DNA of 64,000 nucleotides from Eledone cirrhosa. Its lineage: Eukaryota. Location: the NCBI GenBank assembly GCA_964016885.1, contig OZ024754.1, positions 3,100,001 through 3,164,000 on the forward strand. Direction: 5' to 3'. The notes beneath the pieces are model-generated. The model was not told where the DNA came from, ran no database searches, and worked only from the letters and a program-made list of their open reading frames with translations. Positions 40,115-54,718 of the stretch are shown here, one piece after another. The position numbers and the translations under genes were made by a program. Numbering within the stretch: position 1 is the stretch's first letter; each line of letters begins with the position of its first letter.

Positions 40115-42282
40115 ATTGAAAATGATTTTTTAAAACACTAATAAAAAGTGGCAAATTAATAAATGTCCAGTATATATATGTATATATTATATATGTATAT
40201 ATACTGTAAGTTTAGTAAAGTTTTATCCGTATATATACAATGAAGGTAACCGAGACTGCACAACACAACTAAATATGTGTTTAGTGTACGTTTTATATGT
40301 TTAGTATGTAATGTATTTATTTTATATAGTGGCTATTGTAATAGATAATTTACAATCGTGTTATGCCAAAGTTTGATAGGTTTTGTGTGTGTGTAGCAGG
40401 AAGGAAGGACCCTTTTTTTTCAGTTTTTAAGAATATTCGGATTTTGGTTCTTCTGGAGAGAATGCAATAGTAATCTTTTTGTTAAGCATTAGAGAACAAA
40501 TTTGTAAGAGATGTGTCAATGTATGGCATTTATACTAAAGATCGAATTTTGGGGGAGATTTACTCTTTTGTTTCGACTGAAGTGGGGTTGAGTTTACTGA
40601 TGATGATAATAATAATAATAATAATCTTACATTGAAACTAGGCCTCAAATGTTTAGAAGAAAAGTATAGTTGTTTGAACGATTCTGTAGTTATAACAATC
40701 CCAGAGAGAATGATGACAAGTTAAGTTGACAGCTGCGATATATATGAATTCAGAAGGAAACTAAAATACAGCAAGACATTAATAATGCCAAAATATAATA
40801 TTAATGATATATTAAAATTATTGGTATAAAATTAATGGTATAAAATTAATGGTAATATTAATGGTATAATACAATAATAATGAAAATTATTGTGTACAGT
40901 GCTCAGGTGCACTACAATTATTACAATGTTGATGATATAATATCGATTGATATTAATGGTGTAATATTAGTACCAATAAACGAAGATATTGGTGTGAAGC
41001 AATAAACTTGGGTACGTTAAAAAAAGAAAAATGAGGTAGAATGGAGATCAAATTCTCATCTGAGATACTGGTCAGAAGATGGCCTTTGCTGGCTAGATGT
41101 CTGCTGCTGGTCAAGCTTCTAAAAACTGCCTCAGTAGTTGTGGCGTGGGTTTCTTACATATATAGAGGAGAGGTGTGTTTAATAAGCTCATGCTGGCCAC
41201 GTCAGTTTATTGAGACATCAGAAGATATTCTTGTCACGGACGTCGGACTTATACAATAAATGAAAGACTTAAAAGAAAAGAAAAAAAACACCTGGAAGTA
41301 GAATGCTAGTCGGTCTTACACACACACACACACTCACACACACACACTCACACACTCACACACACACACTCACACACTCACACACACACACTCACACACT
41401 CACACGCACATACACACACACACACTCACACTCACACATACATACATACTCACAGACGCACACACACACTCACACTCGCACACAACATACAGACACAGAC
41501 ACTCACAAACACATACACACACAGACACACACACAGACACACTCACACACTCACACATACACACATACACACTCTCTCACACACACACTCACACATGTAC
41601 GTAAGCATGATGATATGTAAGTGTGTGTTTGTGTGTGTCTGCAATACACAAACACATGTAGGTAAGCATGATGATATGTAAATGTGTACGTGTGTGTGTG
41701 TACGGTGAGTGCAATACAAACACATATACAATAGATGTACATTGTACCAAGTATTTATGTAGGCATTTATCTGTGTGTGTGTTTATGTATATATGTATAG
41801 GTGTGTGGGTGTGTGTATGTACGAATAAATGAATGCCGAGGATTCTGGCGGACGTACAAGTGTTATAACACACACGTATATACAAATGCGTGTGTGTCTA
41901 TCTATCTATCTGTGGCAAATAAAGAAATATATCTATTTGTCTATCTATCTATCTATTTTGCCTGGCAAGCATAAAGGGCTGGATTCCAGTCCCGCAGGTT
42001 CTAATGTCCATTTTTAACCGTTAAAGACGGGAGCTTCTATGTATTCAGAGCTGGAGAGGACATGGGCTTCGCTAGGTTGAAAAAGAATGATTCTTTAGGA
42101 GTTCCCAGAGAAATAATCTTCCGTTCAAACTTGGCACAAATGGTTGGAACAAACAAAACAAACACACTTGGTACAAACAAACAAAAAAACGAAGAACTTT
42201 ATACAAAATAAAACTTAACGGGGAATATTGACAATTTGTGATTGACTTAATAAAAGACAAGTTGAACGGACAATTTACAGAG

Positions 42283-42324
<42 letters not shown>

Positions 42325-42326
<2 letters not shown>

Positions 42327-42528
42327 TTTGCGGTGTTGAGACCGGGGAGAACTCGATGCATAGGGAGATGAAGAGTGGGTATAGAGAGTAGATATGACCC
42401 CGACCGTGACTCCAAGCGGTTTCAGCATGTTTGTTCAGTAAACCTTTTCAAAAGTCTCACATCCTTGAAAAGGTTTGCTGAACAAACAAGCTGAAACCGC
42501 TTGGAGTCACGGTCGGGGTCATATCTAC
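42325..42528 (-). mobile_element. Family 1-related foldback element just 3' of the protease B stop codon
   Basis: 64-bp arms at 42388-42451 and 42465-42528 contain GAAACCG..CGGTC-ggggtc. Adjacent gaactcgatgcatagggagatgaagagtgggtat aligns to the family 1 motif. Confidence 0.6.
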
Positions 42529-42556
42529 CCCCCTCTCTCCTCTCTCTCTGTATTTA

Positions 42557-42721
42557 TCAGAGATTCCTGTAGACATGTGTAATCCAATCTTGATATTCTG
42601 ATACTTTGGTATAAATTGCTGGAAAGCCACGAACTCCACACAGTTCGTTACCAAAGGATGCTACACCAGCCAATTGAAATCTGCCACGTTTCAAACATAC
42701 CAGTGGTCCACCGGAGTCACC
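42557..42721 (-). CDS. Serine protease B exon 6 (catalytic Ser; not in the ORF track); joined CDS 1047 nt, 348 aa, S1A family
   Basis: ttttag|GDSGGPLVCLKRGRFQLAGVASFGNELCGVRGFPAIYTKVSEYQDWITHVYRNL, ending in TGA. Confidence 0.93.
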   Translation of the reverse strand, partial: GDSGGPLVCLKRGRFQLAGVASFGNELCGVRGFPAIYTKVSEYQDWITHVYRNL

Positions 42722-44901
42722 CTAAAAATACATAACAAAAACAAAGTTTTCTATATAAGTATGGACTCATAACTCCTGATGGAGTGGTAGAGGTGCCACA
42801 TTTCTTGGGCACTTTAAACCAGTCAGGGTCCATCCCCTTTCCAGCGGCGTGCAGAGCTCTGGTGATACCCGGGCCAAATCTTGATTGTATGCCCCAAAGT
42901 ATAAGACCTAATATACGGAGAAATATTATGAGAAAGGAATCAGCCGCTGGTTTGACTTCTCTCTCTCGTTCACTTATACTCAGCGGTGTTCAGAGCTCTG
43001 CTGATACCCGGGCCAAATCTTGATTGTATGCTCCAAAGACTCGAGTATAAGACCTAATATACTGAGAAATATTTTGAGAAAGGTAAACATTTTGAATATA
43101 TGAACACAGATGAAACATGAAATAAACGCTTTATTCGATTTTAATATAAATCAATCAAATTTATTTAGTTCTTTTCCCCAAATTATGCCCCCATTCGAAG
43201 AATGCTCGCCCCCCCCCCTACTCTGCACGTTACTGCCCCTCCCCAAGTCTGAATACAGCCGAAAGGAGAGACCAGACAGAGAGTGTATGTATGATTGAGA
43301 AAGAGATATAGAGGAAGATTCGGTCCCTGTATTGGACTGATACATTATTTTAAGGACCTCGAAAATATGGAAAGCGAAGTTGACTTAGGCGGGATTTTCT
43401 GTTGATTGGATAACATAGACGAAACCGAAGAATTATTCCTAATTATTCCTTCAATGTTTAATGAAGCAAGGGGCCACACCTTGAACCCCAAACATAATTA
43501 CATCTATTACATATTAACTAGGGTTCTTTTCCCCTAAATTATTTAAAATTATTTCAGTCCGCATTATCAACCAGTGTCACACTGAATCTCCCTGAGAAAT
43601 ATCAGGGGATACACGTGTCTGTGGAATGCTGTGCTACATGTATACTAATTTCATTGTTCGAATGGGATCGATACAATAACGCACCAGTAACAAATTAGGG
43701 TCGATAAAATAAAGTACCAGTAATATACTGGAGTAATTGCTGGCCTTGTGCCCAAAGAAGAAACATTATTAATTCTCTGTTGTAAAGTTCTGGTAATTCT
43801 AGACAAGGTTTTGTTTACTCTTCAGTCGAGGGTGGGAGGGGGGTGGGGGAGTAATGGAACTAGGTTTATGGTCCTTGATAGTTTACAGCTTTCGAACTAT
43901 AACACACGCACACAAACACATACACACACACATATATATATATACAAACACTCACACATACACATATATTATACACATACACACGCACACTCACTCGCAC
44001 ATACACATATATATACATACACACACACACACAGACATACTCACACACACACACACACATACACATACACGCACACATGATTATTTGTGTTTGAGAAAAA
44101 TTACAAGCAATTTACAATAACTTCTAAATACATGAATACATACGTGCATATATATACACACATATACACACACACATACATACACATACCCATACACATA
44201 CACTACACACATGCATACACATATTTAAACATTGACATAAATTCTCTAAGACACTGGATATCCGCAAGGTCCGAATACAAAAGAACCAAACTCCCACTCC
44301 CACTGCTGCCCTCTCTCCTGCACCCCCCCCGCTCTCCCCATCTCTCACTATTATGAGCAAATGAGGCCCCATGCACTAGCCACCCCACAGCCCCGGCGGA
44401 CAGAATAGAGAAGGCGTTTCCCTGGAGATGGCGAGGGAGATGCGCTGGAAGAGCCATTCCAATAATTCTTGGTATTTTAGAAATTTATGTTCGCTTCATT
44501 CCTAATCAAACAACGCACACAATTTGGGTGTTTAAAATCAAAACCAGTCTTGATTGAGTAGATTTATAACCAAAGGCGTTCCAACCATGGCCATAACATT
44601 TTTATGAAGTATTTCTAGAAATACAAGTCATTCCCTCCCTTTCAAGACTGCCGGGAACGGTTTAAATGAGATTTTGCTGCTATTTCTAGCAGGTCTAACC
44701 ACTCAACAGACATTCCTCCAAGATAGATAAATATATTTCTTTATATTACAATGTGTGTGTATATGTATATGTACTTACTACATATATTTGTAAACGTGAG
44801 TGAGTGTGTGTATGTACGTTCTATATATTATGTGTGTGTGTTTGTGAATGTGTGTGAATATGTAAACATTGTGTCAATAATTGTACTTTACTTTCTATAA
44901 A

Positions 44902-44934
<33 letters not shown>

Positions 44935-45156
44935 GTGTTTGCGCGTTCTTTATATTATATATATATTTATAGAAAGCACATTTACACACACACACACACA
45001 CACACGATAGTTTTGTCAATATATATGTATGATTTGTCAATATATATAAATATATATATATATATCAATAATCAATATATACATATATATATACATATGT
45101 CAATATATAAATATATATATATATATACATATATATATACATATGTCAATATATAA

Positions 45157-45199
<43 letters not shown>

Positions 45200-46365
45200 T
45201 TTTGTCAATAACAGAGAAGCGACATCAGTTCCAATATCAAATATGAAAAGACAGACAGCATTTTTTCCTTTTTATTTTTTTGGTTTGTGTAAGAAGAAAG
45301 AGAGAGGGAGGGAGGTGTAGAGAGGAAGAGGGAACTTAGAGAAAAAGATTAAACGAATCAGGCGAGAGAGAGAGAGAGAGAGAGAGACGGGGGGGGGGGT
45401 TAATAAAGCGGCAAAATTTGGGCAGCTTAAATCGATTAAATCGACCTCAGGAATTTTGACATTGGTTCACATATATCGATAATAGAGCTGTTTATTGATA
45501 TATTTATATATATGTATATATATATGTATATATTGAGATAGAGAGAGAGTAACAGAGGGGAAAGAGAAGGGGAGTAACGGAAGGAAGGAGAATGAGTAGC
45601 AGAGAAAGAGAGAAAGTAAATAAGAGGGAGAGAGTGAGAGAAGCAAGAGGGGGGGGGGAGTAAATGAGGAAGAGAGTAAGAGTGACTGACGGAGTGAGTG
45701 ACTGACGGAGAGAGATAGTGAGAGTTAGTGACTGACGGAGAGAGAGAGAGGAAGAGACAGTGAGAGATAGACTGAGGGAGAGAGTGAGGAAGGAGGTGGG
45801 ATCACTAAACCCAGGTTTCTGATTTAGGCACAAGGCCAGACATTTTGGGGGAAGAGGAAAGTCGATTAAAATAAAGTACCAGTGCATTACTGGTACTTTA
45901 TTTTATCGACCCCCGTAAGGATGAAAGGCAAAGTTAACCTCGGCGAGATTTTGAACTCAGACCATAAAGGGCCATAACTCTATGCTGCAAAGCATGGTGC
46001 CCGACTCTCTACCAATACTGCCAATCCCCCGCCAATCCCCCGCCCTATTATCGACCACATAATAATTGTTTCTACTTTAGGCACAAGGCCAGCAATTATC
46101 CCAGTACATTACTGGTACTTTATTTTATCGAACCCGTAAGGATGAAAGGCAAAGTTAACCTCGGTGGGATTTGAACTCAGAATGGCAAGGGCCGTAACTC
46201 TATGCGTCATCCCATAATAATGAAAGGCAAAACTAACCTCAGCGGTATTAGACATACCTATGTACTGCAAAATAATTTGTCGGACGCTCCACCGACTCTG
46301 GCTATCCACCGAACTCGGTAAAACAATAATAAAAGGACAATATAAAAGCAGGGAAATAAACTTAC

Positions 46366-46499
46366 ACGACAAGGCCCCACATGGCCATCACCGACACAGA
46401 TATGACTGGTATGGACATAAGACCTCCATTTAAGTTGACATTCAGGAAAGCCTGTGATTCGAACTTGCGCTTTATTTAGTATGTTCGGATTTCTTTTTC
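46366..46499 (-). CDS. Serine protease B exon 5
   Basis: ttgacag| and |gtaagt, phase 1-0. KRNPNILNKAQVRITGFPECQLKW..HICVGDGHVGPCR. Confidence 0.92.
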
Positions 46500-46579
46500 C
46501 TGTCAAATAAAGAAAAAAAAAAACTTGAGCATTATTTTTGTCACATATGTTGTTGCTGTTGTTGTTGTTACTTCTGCTG

Positions 46580-46614
<35 letters not shown>

Positions 46615-46842
46615 TCTCCTTCTTCTTCTCCTTCTCCTTCTTCTTCTTGTAAAACAGACACTAGGCTTTGCAGCATAGAATTATTGCCATTTACGATCTG
46701 AGTTCAAATCCCGCCGAGGTTGACTTTGTCTTTCATCCTTACGGGGGTCGATAAAATAAAGTACCAGTAATGTACTGGGTAATTGCTGGCCTTGTGCCAA
46801 AAGTAGAAACAATTATTATAGGCTATAAAAACATATACTTAC

Positions 46843-47011
46843 CTAGTGTATCGCCCCATCCAGTGATCCAGCATTCGTCTTGTCCAGTGAATCTATCCAT
46901 CATATATGGTAGACACACAGTTTTGATATATTCAGACTGTTGGATAGGTTCTGTAAGTTTAAGAAGAGCCACATCGTTCCTGTAACTCCCTCCATGGATG
47001 TAGAAAGGATG
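46843..47011 (-). CDS. Serine protease B exon 4 (catalytic Asp; not in the ORF track)
   Basis: cttatag|HPFYIHGGSYRNDVALLKLTEPI..IKTVCLP..CWITGWGDTL, donor G|gtaagt, phase 0-1. Confidence 0.93.
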
Positions 47012-47705
47012 CTATAAGTTAGTGTAACAAACATCTTTTAATCAACTTCGTTTTATTTTTGTAAATGCAGCCCCTTTGGAGGCCGACGAAATATAAACGA
47101 GACTAATTCTGGTGTCGGGCAGTTGAACGGATAGAGTGGTATCTCAGTGTTCCTGGTCTGGAAGGAGGTGGGGTAAAGAATTCTTAATTTGGGTCACATG
47201 TAGCAACACTTTCGTTGTACATGTAGCAACACTTTCTTGGGTCATGTAGCAACAGTTTCTCTAGCAACAACCTGGTGAATTCAGCGAGAAACCCAGGTTT
47301 CCTTGCCGGGTAAGCTGAAGATCGCAAGCGGTTGAACTACCAAATGTGTTTGATAAATATATTTTTAGTCTGGCTGAAGAAGTAGATGTTGTGGTTAAAT
47401 AACAGGAAATTTGGGATTTTTTTTTTTGGGGGGGGGGGGTACATCTGATCTAGTTTCAGTTCTCATTAAAGACTCAGCAGGGATCATCTACCTGTCCTCT
47501 AAACTGCCGAGATTAAATAGAAAACTCCACTTAACCAAAATATTGACAATCTTCCCAAAATTTACATAATGGTACAGGAGTGATAGCCAAGCATAAAATA
47601 CTGAAAATTATGAATTTAATCAATAAAACAAGGAATGAAAATATTAATGAAATAAAAATATGGCTACATAAAGTTAATTTAAATCAGAAAGAAGGTATAG
47701 ATTAC

Positions 47706-47802
47706 CACAATAATTTTCGAAACTTTTCTGAATCTCACACCAATTGCTTCTCTATAAAGTTCTGTCACTCCAAGAGCAATCAGAAATTGTTTGGGATTTT
47801 TC
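47706..47802 (-). CDS. Serine protease B exon 3 (not in the ORF track)
   Basis: ttttatttgaag| and |gtaatc, 97 nt, phase 2-0, same length as exon 3 of protease A. KNPKQFLIALGVTELYREAIGVRFRKVSKIIV. Confidence 0.85.
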
Positions 47803-48467
47803 CTTCAAATAAAAGATAAAAAATACATCAGACACAAAGAAAAGTTAACACTGGAGGGTACAAGGGAGTTCACTGTGTAAGAAATAGTGTAAGAAATCAA
47901 CTTCATATTCTTCTTCTTGAGACCCGCAACTCCTGATGGAGTTTTAGGGCTGCCGTAGGGACATAGAGCGTTTCTTGAGGATTGTTTTAAAGTCTGGCGG
48001 ATCCTATCTCCTCTAAAGATCTGAACACGGCAGATCTCTTCCAGAGAAGGATAGAGAGAGAAGGAGGGAAGAAGGAGAGAGAGAGAGAGAGCGAGAGAGA
48101 GAGAGAGAGAGAGAGAGAGCGTGAAAGAGATTCAGAGGAAGATTCGATCCCAGTACAAGACTGGTTGGTACTTTGTATCGATCTACAAAGGATGAAAGGT
48201 AAAGTTGACCTCGGTGGGAGTTGAACTGAGAGTCGGAACGAATAGCGCAAAGCATTCCACCCGACGCCCTAACGACTCTGTCAATTCGCTGCCCCCGAGA
48301 GAGAGAGAGAGAGAGAAAGAAAGAGAGAGAGAGAGAGAGAGTGTGTGTGTGTGTGTGTGTAATTACAGCCTGAAGCTTCTATAAACTGAGTTTCACGTTA
48401 GCAAGATAGATAGATAAACAAATAGATAGACAGAGAGAGGTGGGTATATATATATATATATATATAT

Positions 48468-48487
48468 ATTGTGTGAAAGAGAGAGAT

Positions 48488-48525
<38 letters not shown>

Positions 48526-48565
48526 TGAAATAGTGTGTGAAAGAGAGAGATGGATATATATATAT

Positions 48566-48631
<66 letters not shown>

Positions 48632-48647
48632 TGTGAAAGAGAGAGAT

Positions 48648-48708
<61 letters not shown>

Positions 48709-48777
48709 GTGTGTGAAAGAGAGAGATGGATATATATATATATATATATATATATTGTGTGTGAAAGAGAGAGATGG

Positions 48778-48845
<68 letters not shown>

Positions 48846-48861
48846 TGTGAAAGAGAGAGAT

Positions 48862-48907
<46 letters not shown>

Positions 48908-48937
48908 TGTGAAAGAGAGAGATGGATATATATATAT

Positions 48938-48945
<8 letters not shown>
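48468..48945. repeat. Compound repeat gtgtgaaagagagagatgga-(TA)n, about 7 units
   Basis: Directly visible in the sequence. Confidence 0.9.
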
Positions 48946-48969
<24 letters not shown>

Positions 48970-49736
48970 GAGTGCGTGAATGAGATTTTGAGAACAAATA
49001 AAATGGCAAATTCGAGTTTTATAAAGAACTGGATAAAAATGTTAACTTATAAGAATGAAAGAGAAAGAATGTTGTCTGTGTTTTCTACACTCACTCATTT
49101 AGAGAAATAGGTTAAACAAACAGACGATAGGATGCTGTCATGGAGTTTAGATAAACCAATTGGATCGAGGTAGATGTTTAATCAAGACTGGCCTTTTAAA
49201 TATAATCCGTTGAAACGATAAAATGTTAAAGGTCTCACGATAGGTGCTAATATCATGCCAGTGTTTTACCCTAGAACATTATACCACCTACCCCCCATCA
49301 TCGCAAGTCACCGAATCATTATAGCGAGAACCACTGATGTGGAACAATCTTTTAGACTCTAGTGAAAACAGATATCTTTTGTAAGCTAGCAATGCCGATA
49401 CAGTTACTCTTTCTTGTAAAATACACTTTGATATTACTCTGTTACTTTATTACATGTTCCAACCGAGAGGTTAAGGCCATGCTGGGGCACCGTCAGTAGC
49501 AAAAAAAAAAAAGGTAAAGATCTCCACCCCCTTCGGTCACGGATGGCCCAGGGATTTGCACCTAGAAAGTTCCTCTTCCGAAAGGCAATGGTCGATAGAG
49601 CTTGGTACCAGTGATGTCGCAGCTAATTTCTACAGCTGAGTAAACTGGAGCAACGTGAAATAAAGTGTCTTGCTCAAGGTTGTAGGAACTTACCATTCCA
49701 CAGCGAAACTTCGATAGTATTTATAATGTAAACCTA

Positions 49737-49988
<252 letters not shown>

Positions 49989-50572
49989 CTACCGATTCGG
50001 TCACTCCTCTGCTCAAAAATATATCAAATATAATACGAACGGAAAAATTGATAGAGCTACAACATAGATTTTCTGGCAATTAGTAGTCCGGCACCACTTT
50101 TAATCCGGATATAAATATGAGCCGACACTTGAATTTCTGTACCCCTCACACACAAATATATATTACTTTTTTTTATTTTAACCCATTTGATACCGAAACA
50201 CCTGAACCCATTCCTGGTTCTATGATACACATCTGTATATTTATATTAAAAAAAAAAACACCCGCTATAATTATATGTAATTGGCAGAATCGGTAGAGCT
50301 TCGGACAGCATGCTTGGTGATATTAGCGCTTGATGTTAGATTTAGTTTTAAACATTTTCTCGTTCATATTATTAGGTTCAAAGGGTAGGGAGAGTGTTTA
50401 TAGCTTCATAATAATTTATCCCAGGGAATTATTATTTGACCCGACAAAAGAACTTGTACCTAATTTTAAAAGAAAAAAATAAGGCAAAAACATTGAGATT
50501 TAGTGAGGTATTAAAAAAGGACATCAGGGTTTCAAATTCTTACTTGTAGATTATTTTATCGATTTGACTTAC

Positions 50573-50891
50573 CTGGTCTCTCCGATCTATCAAATGTACC
50601 ATTTCTGGAATCCATCGACCTTGATTGGAGGACACATACTTTCCATACGTCAGAGAAAATTGTACCATTCTTGCAATGAAAGTACCCATAAACTCTTCCC
50701 CGATAACATATACCGAATTGATTCTTGTCATACGGGTGGGTAAAATAAGAACGCCGACAATCAGTACAAGGTGGTTGTAAAGTACATTCTCTAGAGACAT
50801 TAATGATGGGTTGTTTATAATACATGGAATTTATCGATAGACATAACTGAAAAAAAGTTATAAGTGAAAGCCACCTTGAAGAGGGCTGCAT
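50573..50891 (-). CDS. Serine protease B exon 1: signal peptide plus six-Cys domain resembling chitin-binding type 2 (CBM14)
   Basis: ATG at 50891, hydrophobic N-terminus, donor G|gtaagt in phase 1, TATA box about 60 nt upstream. Confidence 0.85.
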
Positions 50892-50947
50892 GATGTCCGT
50901 GTTGACCCCTTTCTCTTAGGTGTGGACAGGACAAGATTTTTGAAGTC

Positions 50948-50954
50948 TTTTATA
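50948..50954 (-). promoter_or_regulatory. TATA box candidate of protease B
   Basis: TATAAAA on the - strand 57-63 nt upstream of the ATG. Confidence 0.5.
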
Positions 50955-51494
50955 AATATATACACATTACACACCTTCACATAATACACACGCACACACA
51001 TTTACACACATACATGCATCTCTCTATCTCTATCTCTCTCTCTATACATATATACACGCACACATACATGCATCTGTCTATCTCTCTCTCTCTCTATATA
51101 TATATATACACACGCACACACATACGTGCACCTATCTACACACACACACACACACACATACATATACATGCACCTATCTATCTATACACACACATGCATC
51201 TATCTGTCTACACACACACACTCACACACATATATATAGTACCTTTGTTCTGTGTATGAACATAATATATATGTTTATATATGTGTGTTTATATATATAT
51301 ATATATTTGTGTGTGTGTTTATATGTGATTATATATATATATATATATATATAATGTGTGTGTGTGTGTTTATGTGATTATATATATATGTGTGTGTGTG
51401 TTTATATGTGATTATATATATATATGTATGTGTGTGTTTATATATATGTATGTGTGTGTTTATATATGTGTGTATGTGTTTATATATCTGTGTT

Positions 51495-51527
<33 letters not shown>

Positions 51528-51546
51528 TTATATATGTACGTATGTG

Positions 51547-51618
<72 letters not shown>

Positions 51619-53813
51619 CTTATATATGTGTGTGTGCGTATGTATCTATATACAAGGTATTTATATGTAAATATGTGTTCCCTCTTTATAAAATCTCCTT
51701 AGTTACTCCTATACCTAATAAATATCTTATTAACCTAAAACTTTATAAATCTGAGGTCATTAGTGAAGGTGCCTGATATTTCTAAACATTATTTCATATA
51801 TAATAGACACCCTACATAAAAGAGCTTGCCGATGTATGGGTGTATATATATGTGTATATATATATGTGTATGTATGTATATGCGTATGTATATATAATTT
51901 ATGTGTTTCCACGTTAATGTCCGCGTGGATGTGTCTTTTGAGAGCACAGATTTTTCACGCCTGCTTGATATGTGAGACGTCCACACACACACGTGCGAAT
52001 ATGTATGTATGTATATATATAAATATATATATGTATATGCATACAGATACATACACATATATATGCATACAGATACATACACATATATATGCATACAGAT
52101 ACATACACATATATATATGCACATACACACACGTATATATATATATATATATATATACATAATACATGTGGTAGTGTCTTTCATGGAACGGAAGTGTGGA
52201 TATTTACACAGTTTTTCTTGAATCACAATTTAGTATTTACAACCATTGAAAGAGCAGAATTGTTTCCTTATAACTTTACTTAAAACCTAACAATTGTTAA
52301 GGGGAAACGTGTTATGTTTGAAAATTTTATCAAATTTCCATTTAATATATGGAATGGTAGGCGGCGAATTGGCAGTCATTAGAACGTTGGATAGAATGCT
52401 TTGCAATATTCGTTCCGGATCTCTGGGTTCAAATGCTGTAGAGGTCAACTTTGCATTTGGCCCATTTGAAGTCGATAAGAAAAAGCACCAGTCTAATATT
52501 GGTTTCTCTTCCCCAAAAATTACTGGCACAAGGCTAGTAATTTTTGGGGAAGGGAAAGTCGATTAAATCGACCCCAGTACGTGACTGGTACTTTATTTTA
52601 TCGACTCCCATAATAATTGTTTCTACTTTAGGCACAAGGCCAGCAATTACCAGTGCATTACTGGTACTTTATTTTATCGACCCCGTAAGGATGAAAGGCA
52701 AAGTCAACCTCGGCGGGATTTGAACTCAGATGGTAAAGGGACGTAACTATGCTGGAAAGCATGGCGTCCGACCCTCTACCGATACTGCCAATCCACCGAA
52801 AGGTAAAATTATGATCTGAGTTCAAATCCCGCTGAGTTTAACTTTGCCTTTCATCCTTACGGGGGTCGATAAAATAAAGTTACCAGTCACGCACTGGGGT
52901 CGATTTAATCGACTTAGCACTCCTCCTAAATTGCTGGCCTTGTTGGAGTCACTTCTTCCTCTATATCTCTTTCTCACTTCCTCTTTCTCATTGTCTATCC
53001 TTCTCTAGAAGATATTTACTGTATTCAGACGTAGAGAGGAGATGGGCCCCGTCAGGCTTCAAACGCCGAATACCTCGATATAATAACAGTTGTCGAAGAT
53101 GCCACGCTGTGGGATCGAACCTGGGACCTATAGATTAGGAAGTGAACCTCTTAACCATTAGGCCATGCTACACACTGAATATACAGCTCTGCTAATCATA
53201 CATTATTGAGTCTTTATTTTCCATTTGATGATATCAAGATATATATTTTTATTTTTTATAGTGTATGTGTGAGTGTGTGTGTGTGTGTGAGGGGGGGGGG
53301 GGTATTGAATGTGTGTATGTGTGAAAGAGAGAGTAGTGTGTGTGTGTGTGTGAGTGTGGTATGTGTGCGAGTGTATGTGTTTGTGTGCGAGAGAGAGGGA
53401 GAGTGTGTGTGTGTGAGAGAAAGTGGTATGTGCCAGTGTGTGTGTGTGATGTATTATTTAACTATAAACTGTATAAGCTTCAGTGTTATTCCTGTGTCGC
53501 ACCTTAATCTGGCGACAGAAAGAAGTGTTAAGCTATGGATCTTTGAATTCATTGTTAAGATGAAAGAAATATCCCGTCAAACGATCTCAACAAAAGACAC
53601 GTAAAAGAGCGGCTATTTGCACGATAAATTATATGGTTATTTACACGGTAATTTATTCAGCTATTTGCACAGTAATATATACGACTATTTACACGGTAAT
53701 TTTCCCCCAATTTAGTTCAAAGATGAAAAAGAAAATAAGTTATTATATATAAAAGAAGTTAAAAGGATTAGGATTTATACTTTTAAAAATGATTATTTTC
53801 TACGTTCGTACAA

Positions 53814-53926
<113 letters not shown>

Positions 53927-54056
53927 ATAAAGAAAAGGCTTCTACAGGACTAGAACTGTTTACATATATAACGAAGGAAATGTGGTAAGGAACCAGATGG
54001 ACCATAACGCACCAAAGTACTCAATACTTAGGGTAGTAGAGTGGGTCCTACTCGTT

Positions 54057-54109
<53 letters not shown>

Positions 54110-54419
54110 TTGTTTGTATTTTTGCTGGTTCGTCCACAGATTTGATGGAGTTTTTGTTGTGTTAACACTGGTCTGAGGACCAGACAGTCTTGGAGTCTGG
54201 TCTGGGGTTGCCATCCCAGATCAGGAGCCAGCTGCTTGAGAAACATTTGTAACCCGGATTGAGCAATAAATCTCCTATGTAACATCTCCACTTTGTTCTT
54301 ATTACAAACACTCTGCTCTGCATCGAGAGAAGAGGATTTCTCCCGAATGAAACAGTTCTAGCCCTGTAGAAGCCATTTCTATATTAAATATATATATATA
54401 TATATATATTGTATAGAAG

Positions 54420-54472
54420 GAGCTTCTACAGGACTAGTACTGTTTCATTCAGATGAAATCTTCAGGAAGCTC
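54420..54472 (-). ncRNA. Type I hammerhead ribozyme motif (complete core)
   Basis: On - strand: gagcttc CTGAAGA t-ttc-atct-gaa-t GAA ACAG-tactagtc-CTGT A/ gaagctc. 7-bp stem I; loop III contains the palindrome ACTAGT. Confidence 0.75.
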
Positions 54473-54530
54473 TGCCATGTATTGAGTACCTTACTTACTG
54501 TGGTTATCCCCGACTCAACCCGGGACCTAC

Positions 54531-54572
<42 letters not shown>

Positions 54573-54585
54573 AAGGCTAAGTGAG

Positions 54586-54635
54586 TCTTGTTACTCTGAA
54601 GTTTCGCCTATTTATCACAGGGTCATCAGACAAGA
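54586..54635 (-). ncRNA. Type I hammerhead ribozyme motif (complete core), second sequence family
   Basis: On - strand: tcttgt CTGATGA c-cctgt-gataa-atagg-c GAA ACT-tcag-AGT A/ acaaga. Confidence 0.75.
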
Positions 54636-54718
54636 ACAAGACTCACTATTTAGACTTAATAAATTGAATATCAAAACTCTACTTCTGTATTGAGTACTCC
54701 TTTCACTCAGCCGTCAAC

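Noticed and set aside
54108-54335. Possible Penelope RT or GIY-YIG coding fragment beside the hammerhead cluster
   Set aside because: No recognisable RT or GIY-YIG motifs in the frames examined.
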